A program made the translations under genes and the position numbers. The notes under the pieces were generated by a model. It saw only the letters and a list, made by a program, of their open reading frames with translations. It was not told the DNA's origin and searched no databases. A stretch of 64,000 bases of DNA from Candidatus Bathyarchaeia archaeon (GTDB lineage: Archaea > Thermoproteota > Bathyarchaeia > 40CM-2-53-6), in the NCBI GenBank assembly GCA_049513715.1, contig JBEKVV010000003.1:416001-480000 (forward strand), written 5' to 3'. Shown piece by piece: positions 57,984-64,000 of this stretch. Each line of letters opens with the position of its first letter. Position 1 is the first letter of the stretch.

Positions 57984-59069
57984 TCACGCGAAGTTGATGA
58001 CGGTCTTAATGTCCTCTGGTTGAGGATCAAATGCCTGTTTGAATTCTTCGGGTTTTAGAACCAGCGTGAACATACGCGAGAGCACGTCGCCGAACCTCTG
58101 CTTGACCTGCCGAAGGTCTATCAGTCCCATCTCGAAGTAGCGCTTGTTTGCGTTTACTGAACCAAACAGCAGTTTATTTCTCAAAACCATCTCCCTGAGC
58201 ATGTCACCGAATTGGAAAGTCGATTGAGATGCGTTATAGACGCCCAATAGGCATAGAACACCGTTAGTTGAGAGGTGATTCATCGCGTCAAGGGCAACGG
58301 ATGCGTTGCCGGTTCCCTCGATTATGATGTCGAAGGTTTTGCCGAGGGTCTCGAGTGAGGTTTGTGTTGCGTCAACGTATTGCGCTCCGACCGCGTCCAC
58401 GAGACGCGCTTTCAAGTCATCCTTTGGCCTTCGGGCCATCGTGAAAACCTCCAAACTCCTCAACCTCAACAGGAAAGTTCCGAGTTGCCCAATCGGGCCT
58501 GCGCCAAGCATGAGGGCTGTCTTTGGCTCCCAAGCCATTCTCTTCTGGATCTGGTCGATTTGGTATGTGGCCTTCTCAACTATGCTCGTTGGCTCCAGCA
58601 AAACCGCCACATCAGCGAGATCCGGTGGAACCTTCACCAGATAATTCGAATCCGAGAGGGCTAGGTCGGAGGCGAACCCATGGAGTTTGTAGATTCCATG
58701 CTCGAAGTAGTGTCCGGTTAGGCACATGTCGGATTCTCCCCGACTGCAATTCAAGCAATTCTCGCGGCAAGAACGCCTAACAGTTGGAACAACTAGATCG
58801 CCTTTGGAAAATCCTTGGACGTTTGTCCCCGTGGCTTCAATGATGCCAAGAACTTCGTGCCCGGTCACCAAGAACTTTTCACCGTCAGGAGGGGCGCCGT
58901 AGAACCCGTCGTTAATGTCACGGTCAGTCCCGTCGATGCCTAATTTAGCGATCTTGAGAAGAACCTCGTTCTGTTTCGGTTGCGGCTGCTCAATCTCGGC
59001 CAGCTGAACTGAGCCCTTGGAACCTGGGGTGACCGTAATGGCTTTCATGGGTTCTGAACGGCACAACAC
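57984..59069 (-). CDS. gdh: Glucose 1-dehydrogenase (Zn-MDR family)
   Basis: GIDGTD, GHE, VPTVRR, LLEP, GSVNAN. Confidence 0.9.
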   Translation of the reverse strand: MLCRSEPMKAITVTPGSKGSVQLAEIEQPQPKQNEVLLKIAKLGIDGTDRDINDGFYGAPPDGEKFLVTGHEVLGIIEATGTNVQGFSKGDLVVPTVRRSCRENCLNCSRGESDMCLTGHYFEHGIYKLHGFASDLALSDSNYLVKVPPDLADVAVLLEPTSIVEKATYQIDQIQKRMAWEPKTALMLGAGPIGQLGTFLLRLRSLEVFTMARRPKDDLKARLVDAVGAQYVDATQTSLETLGKTFDIIIEGTGNASVALDAMNHLSTNGVLCLLGVYNASQSTFQFGDMLREMVLRNKLLFGSVNANKRYFEMGLIDLRQVKQRFGDVLSRMFTLVLKPEEFKQAFDPQPEDIKTVINFA

Positions 59070-59146
59070 ATCAAATTAAACAATAATATCCTAGCCAACA
59101 TACCCCAACTGATCCGGAAACGAGTAGCTAAGGATTGGCGTAATCC

Positions 59147-59977
59147 ATGATTGACATGATTACCGTTCTGTTGATTTCGATTCTTGCGGGCTTCATGGGA
59201 GCTTTGACTGGGTTAGGTGGTGGAAGCATCATGATACCTATCCTCGTCGCCTTCGGTGTCCCAGTGAAGTATGCCATCGCTGCGAGTATGGTAACCATAA
59301 TCGCTACCTCTAGCGGCTCAGCCGCATCATACGTGAAAGAACGCATAACAAACGTAAAGGCTGCATTCTACCTTGAAATGTTCACTATAACGGGAGCAAT
59401 AATCGGTGCCACTATCACATCGTTCATAGCACCTAAGCTGTTGTACTTCTTCTTCGCCGCTTTCCTTCTCACCTCTTTCTATGGCCTATCGGGGCACCTC
59501 AAGGAGGATTTCCCGAAGCAATTCAAACAAGACAAGTTCTCAAGATGGTTGGAATTACGCGGCAGCTACTACGATCAGGCTGCTGGAAAGCAGGTCGACT
59601 ACGAGATGACAAACGCGCGCCTGGGTGGCCCTGGAATGATTGTTGCCGGGCTGGCAGCAGGTATGCTTGGCATAGGGGCAGGGGCGTTCAAAGTATCAAT
59701 TCATGAGCTGATACTCAAGATGCCATCCAAAGTCTCCAGTACAACGAGTAATTTCATCATTGGCATAACGGCGCTGGCTGGGGCAAGCGTCTATTTCTCT
59801 ACGGGCCTACTTTTCATTGGTTTAGCTGCGCCGATGGCCGTGGGAACGACTGTTGGAGCTGTGGCGGGGGGGAGAGTTCTCAACCGCCTCCCGAGTCGAT
59901 TCGTTCGATACCTATTCTTGGTGATTGTGTGCGGGCTGATTATTCAGATGCTTTACAAGGGGGTTACTTCCCCGTGA
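59147..59977 (+). CDS. TauE/SafE (TSUP) family transporter
   Basis: GALTGLGGG, IATSSGS, GMLGIGAG, TTSNF. Confidence 0.9.
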   Translation: MIDMITVLLISILAGFMGALTGLGGGSIMIPILVAFGVPVKYAIAASMVTIIATSSGSAASYVKERITNVKAAFYLEMFTITGAIIGATITSFIAPKLLYFFFAAFLLTSFYGLSGHLKEDFPKQFKQDKFSRWLELRGSYYDQAAGKQVDYEMTNARLGGPGMIVAGLAAGMLGIGAGAFKVSIHELILKMPSKVSSTTSNFIIGITALAGASVYFSTGLLFIGLAAPMAVGTTVGAVAGGRVLNRLPSRFVRYLFLVIVCGLIIQMLYKGVTSP

Positions 59978-60360
59978 CCCAAGCATCAGGCGAAGAGAAA
60001 CTGGACCGGGCAATCAGCTACATTCTAATTGTGGGCGTGATTGCGAGCGTTCTGACTGAAACAGCTGGAATCATCAGCTATTACTTCACACAGGGAAACC
60101 TCAGCATCACCTTTCAACCTGGCGATTCCTTGAAAGGAGTTGACTTTTTTAATTATAGAGGTCAAACGATTCAGAGCCTTCTCTTGGGGGGATGGACTCC
60201 CCTTCACATTATGGGATTAGGTATCGTACTGCTTATGATTACCCCGTACCTGAGAGTCGTCGCCTCAGTTTTCTACTTCAGTGTAGCCAAGAACCTGAAG
60301 TACCTAGCCATTACGGTCTTTGTCCTCGTTGTTTTGACAGCCAGCCTCATCATTCATTGA
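59929..60360 (+). CDS. DUF1634-like membrane protein (start probably GTG 59974)
   Basis: GIVLLMITPYLRV; typical partner of TSUP genes. Confidence 0.8.
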   Translation: MRADYSDALQGGYFPVTQASGEEKLDRAISYILIVGVIASVLTETAGIISYYFTQGNLSITFQPGDSLKGVDFFNYRGQTIQSLLLGGWTPLHIMGLGIVLLMITPYLRVVASVFYFSVAKNLKYLAITVFVLVVLTASLIIH

Positions 60361-60456
60361 TCTAACACCAAAGCTCCAATTCATGAATAGAGCGTCCTCA
60401 CCAAACTAATTAGTGACCGTCCGGGTGATTCCGTCCCCCAAACCTGCTGATGTGCT

Positions 60457-61452
60457 ATGAACCCGGTTGAAGTCAGAGCACTTTCAAAGACCTTCGTTAC
60501 CAAAGAGGGCCCCCTGTTTCGGAAAAGCCCGAAGACGCTTGTCGCAGTGGACGACATAAGTTTCAATGTTCCAAAAGGGGAAATATTCGGCCTCCTCGGG
60601 CCGAACGGTGCAGGTAAGACAACCACAATCAAAATGCTTTGCACATTGATCACCCCGACCTCTGGAGACGCTCTGGTCGGTGGGTTCAGCGTTGCAAAGG
60701 ACCAGCAAAAAGTACGCGAGAATCTTGGCGTAATGTTAACTGGGGAACGCACTCTTTACTGGAAATTGACTGGCCGAGAGAACCTTGAATATTTCGCAGC
60801 TCTATACCACCTTGACCCATCCTTCGCCAAGAAACGAATCGAGGAACTCCTAGCCCTAATGGGTTTGAAGGACCGCGAGAACACCCTCGTTGAGAATTAT
60901 TCCACCGGCATGCGGATACGGCTCTCCTTCACGAAAGCATTGCTCAACGACGCGCCAGTGTTGTTGTTTGATGAACCAACCGCAAGCCTCGATCCCCAAT
61001 CATCGCGGTTGATTCGGGACACAATTCACAGTCTAAAGCAGGAAGGACATGCGATTCTTCTCACGACTCATAACATGGAAGAGGCTGACCTTCTGAGCGA
61101 CAGGGTCGCCATAATTGACCATGGAAAAATCGTTGCCTTGGATTCCCCCACACAGCTGAAGGAGAAAGTGAAGAGTAGCGACGTTATTGAAATCGAAGCC
61201 CGCAACATATCCGACCAGACCGCCAAAACACTAGAATCCTTCAGTGAAGTCTCCAAGGTAGCTATCTCATCAATTGACGGCTCCGACGATAAGGGTCTGC
61301 TGCGAGTACATGTTCAGAAGGGCAAGGAAGTTTTGCCTAAGATTTTGGAATTCTTGGTTCGCAAAGAAGTCACCATAACCAAAGTGGCATTCATCGAGCC
61401 CACTCTCGAAGACGTCTTCATTTCTCAAACTGGCAGGAGCCTAAGAGATTAG
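60457..61452 (+). CDS. ABC exporter ATP-binding protein (DrrA-like)
   Basis: GPNGAGKTT, YSTGM, DEPT, EPTLEDVF. Confidence 0.93.
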   Translation: MNPVEVRALSKTFVTKEGPLFRKSPKTLVAVDDISFNVPKGEIFGLLGPNGAGKTTTIKMLCTLITPTSGDALVGGFSVAKDQQKVRENLGVMLTGERTLYWKLTGRENLEYFAALYHLDPSFAKKRIEELLALMGLKDRENTLVENYSTGMRIRLSFTKALLNDAPVLLFDEPTASLDPQSSRLIRDTIHSLKQEGHAILLTTHNMEEADLLSDRVAIIDHGKIVALDSPTQLKEKVKSSDVIEIEARNISDQTAKTLESFSEVSKVAISSIDGSDDKGLLRVHVQKGKEVLPKILEFLVRKEVTITKVAFIEPTLEDVFISQTGRSLRD

Positions 61453-61453
61453 A

Positions 61454-62293
61454 ATGAATACTATTTCCGGCCCTCGAGCGGTAGCGGGCGCATTAGCCGC
61501 GATTTTCTGGAAAGGAATCAAACATTACACCCGGTACCCAGGCAACTTCCTACTGTACCTCGTGATACCATTCCTGTTCACATCCCTCATCTTTGGGATG
61601 GGGCAGTTCGTGGGAGGCGGAAATGCCGCGTTGAATTTTGCCGCTCGTACTGGGACACAAAATGTTTTGGTCTATGAGGTTCTGGGGAGTGCTGTCTGGA
61701 TGGTAAGTTGGGTTGTAGTGGAGGATGTTGGCGTGGCGCTGCGTGATGAGCAAATGAAAGGGACGCTTGAGCAAAACTTTCTAGCGCCCGTAAGCCGTGT
61801 CACACTTCTAATTGGCCTCAGCCTGACGGATATTGTGATTACAGCGGGGATCTTCTTCATTGTTGTTGGAGTTACGGTTGCAGTTACACTCCCCGCGGCC
61901 TTCGCCAGCTTACTCGAAGCCTATCTGGCCCTGTTGGTGGGCCTGATCCCACTGTTCGGGATCGGGTTTCTCTTCGCGGGGTTCGTTGTTAGGTTCAAAG
62001 AGCCTTACGTCTTCACCCAAATCGTCAACCTTCTCTTCGCAACGCTGACCGGGACATACTATCCCGTAACACTCCTTCCTTACTGGGTTCAATTACTCTC
62101 CAGGACATTACCACAGACTTACGTCATTGATGACATGCGCAAGATTGTTCTCGCAAATCAAACCCTTGTCAGCCTATACGGAAGCGTCTTCATTTTACTT
62201 GCATTGGCTGTAGCTTACCCAACTCTCGGCTACGCCATTTTCAAGCACATTGAGAAACGTGCGGGTGTTACAGGTGAATTCTCAAAGTACTAG
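61454..62293 (+). CDS. ABC-2 permease
   Basis: EQMKGTLEQ..AP, YPVTLLP. Confidence 0.88.
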   Translation: MNTISGPRAVAGALAAIFWKGIKHYTRYPGNFLLYLVIPFLFTSLIFGMGQFVGGGNAALNFAARTGTQNVLVYEVLGSAVWMVSWVVVEDVGVALRDEQMKGTLEQNFLAPVSRVTLLIGLSLTDIVITAGIFFIVVGVTVAVTLPAAFASLLEAYLALLVGLIPLFGIGFLFAGFVVRFKEPYVFTQIVNLLFATLTGTYYPVTLLPYWVQLLSRTLPQTYVIDDMRKIVLANQTLVSLYGSVFILLALAVAYPTLGYAIFKHIEKRAGVTGEFSKY

Positions 62294-63110
62294 CTCAACA
62301 CTCAAAGGCCTTAGGGAATTCAAGGCCGCCTTCCTGAAGGATCTGCGTTCCTACTTGCGCTACCCAGCATGGATGATAGGCGAATTCATCAGCACACCAA
62401 TGTGGTTTTTCTTCTTCGCCCTCGGCGTAACACTCTTCACCCCAACAACGCCCACCACCAAAGCGACTTCGGGAGGCGGTTTCAGCTTCTTTTTCCTAGG
62501 TTTCATTTTCATAACTCTCTTCGGCACTGCTGTTTGGGGCATAGGGCAGAGTGTGAGAACCGAGCAGACTGCCGGAACATTAGAGCAGTTCTTCTTGGCA
62601 CCGGCTAATAGGGTAACGCTCATAATTGGTAGATGGGCGCGGGTTTTCCTAACCAGCACGCTCATCATAGGTTACACTACCGTTGTACTCTACCTTCTCG
62701 GCGGGGGCGCGATTCAACTATTGAACCCACTGCTCTTCTTCTTCTCCCTCGGCCTTTACGAGGTGGGCCTAATCGGATTCGGAATTCTTATGGCCGGCTT
62801 AACAATGCGACTGAAATCCTACAATACAATTTCGAACTTGATATTCTTCGGCTACATCATAGTAACAGGAGCACTATTTCCAATCACGCTTATTCCGACA
62901 CCCTTCCGGTACATCTCTTTGGCTATTCCCTTCACCTACTTCATCGACCTTATGCGACACGCAGCACTGGACTCCCCTACGATCCTACCAGAGATCACTG
63001 AATACATCGTTGCCTTCCTGCTCTCAATTTCAATGCTCATAGTGGGATTTGTGGCGTTCAACAAGATTGAGGAAGAAGCACGCGTTCGCGGCAGCATCGC
63101 AACGAGTTAA
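62250..63110 (+). CDS. ABC-2 permease
   Basis: EQTAGTLEQ..AP, FPITLIP. Confidence 0.88.
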   Translation: MRNVRVLQVNSQSTSSTLKGLREFKAAFLKDLRSYLRYPAWMIGEFISTPMWFFFFALGVTLFTPTTPTTKATSGGGFSFFFLGFIFITLFGTAVWGIGQSVRTEQTAGTLEQFFLAPANRVTLIIGRWARVFLTSTLIIGYTTVVLYLLGGGAIQLLNPLLFFFSLGLYEVGLIGFGILMAGLTMRLKSYNTISNLIFFGYIIVTGALFPITLIPTPFRYISLAIPFTYFIDLMRHAALDSPTILPEITEYIVAFLLSISMLIVGFVAFNKIEEEARVRGSIATS

Positions 63111-63142
63111 GCAGCACTCAGATCGTTTCTGGTGTTAGTAGT

Positions 63143-64000
63143 TTGGAATTCAAAGAACTGGGAAAATCCGGAATCAAAGTTTCCGCAATAGGTTTGGGAA
63201 CTTGGCAGTGGGGAAGCCGAGAATGGGGATGGAGTCGGTCGTACGGCAAGAAGGACGTCCTTGACGCCTTCCAGAAAGCGCTAGGAGTTGGCATCAACTT
63301 CATTGACACCGCTGAAATCTACGGCGGTGGTAAATCAGAGGAGCTAATCGGCGAAGCAATTCGCGACCACCGTGACGAAGTTGTGATTGCTTCGAAAGTC
63401 TGGCCTTTGAACTTCAGTTATGGCCGCCTGTTAAGAGCGGTTGACCACTCGTTGCGCCGGTTGGGTGTTGACGTCATCGACCTTTGCCAACTGCACTGGC
63501 CGAACCCAATCGTCCCGATTGCGACCACAATGAGAGCGATGAAGAAACTCCTCCAACATGGAAAAATCCGTTGTTTGGGCGTAAGCAACTTTGGCCTGAA
63601 GAAGATGAAAGCCGCTCAAGAAGCGTCCGCCCCACTAGAACTCGCGTCGAATCAAGTGAAGTACAACCTACTCGAAAGAAGCGTGGAGACGGAGCTTCTC
63701 CCGTATGCAGAAAGCGAGAGAATTTCAATCATAGCCTACAGCCCTCTTGGAAAAGGCCTGCTTACTGGTAAATACAATGCAGGTAGTTACCCAAGCAGCT
63801 TCGTTCAAAGAACGAATGCTAAATTCTCAACGCGCAACCTGACCCGGCTTGAGGGAGTAAACCACGTGCTGTCTGAATTGGGAACCGCTCACGGGAAAAC
63901 GCCATCGCAAGTTGCCCTGAACTGGCTAATTGACAAAGAGCAAGTAATCGCCATTCCTGGCGTGAAACGAGCAGAAAATGTATTGGATGATGCTGGGGCA
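63143..64000 (+). CDS. Aldo/keto reductase (runs off window end)
   Basis: TTG start; LGKSGIKVSAIGLGTWQ, IDTAEIYG, LHWP, GVSNF, AYSPL. Confidence 0.92.
   Translation, partial: MEFKELGKSGIKVSAIGLGTWQWGSREWGWSRSYGKKDVLDAFQKALGVGINFIDTAEIYGGGKSEELIGEAIRDHRDEVVIASKVWPLNFSYGRLLRAVDHSLRRLGVDVIDLCQLHWPNPIVPIATTMRAMKKLLQHGKIRCLGVSNFGLKKMKAAQEASAPLELASNQVKYNLLERSVETELLPYAESERISIIAYSPLGKGLLTGKYNAGSYPSSFVQRTNAKFSTRNLTRLEGVNHVLSELGTAHGKTPSQVALNWLIDKEQVIAIPGVKRAENVLDDAGA

Noticed and set aside
1..64000. CRISPR array, rRNA, integrase or transposase genes
   Set aside because: No regularly spaced repeats, rRNA-like sequence or recombinase motifs were recognised.

Overview
Archaeal chromosomal window. A two-intron tRNA with BHB-type splice motifs, TATA-type promoters and frequent TTG/GTG starts point to a TACK/Thermoproteota archaeon, perhaps Bathyarchaeia-like; the taxonomy is inference. 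The left ~17 kb is accessory and redox-rich. It holds a CbsA-SoxL-SoxN-like Rieske/cytochrome b operon, tRNA-Ser(CGA), a 5.4-kb copper/thiol island bounded by a duplicated tRNA 3' end plus 13-bp inverted repeats (no integrase), stacked remnants of other tRNA 3' ends at gene-block junctions, and a DoxD-Rieske / heme-b-Rieske module with a shared palindromic operator. The middle carries pst/phoU genes with a repeated putative Pho box that also precedes an unannotated 32-aa ORF, then gapN, acyl-CoA ligase, acs-satP, malic enzyme, a Cys-free TrxR-like flavoprotein, gnd and two surface proteins. The right part carries a ten-gene de novo purine cluster with folate-dependent PurN/PurH, a C2H2 microprotein, a SpeD variant, gad/gdh, TauE-DUF1634, an ABC-2 exporter and a partial aldo/keto reductase. 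All calls come from motif recognition by eye; no database searches were run.
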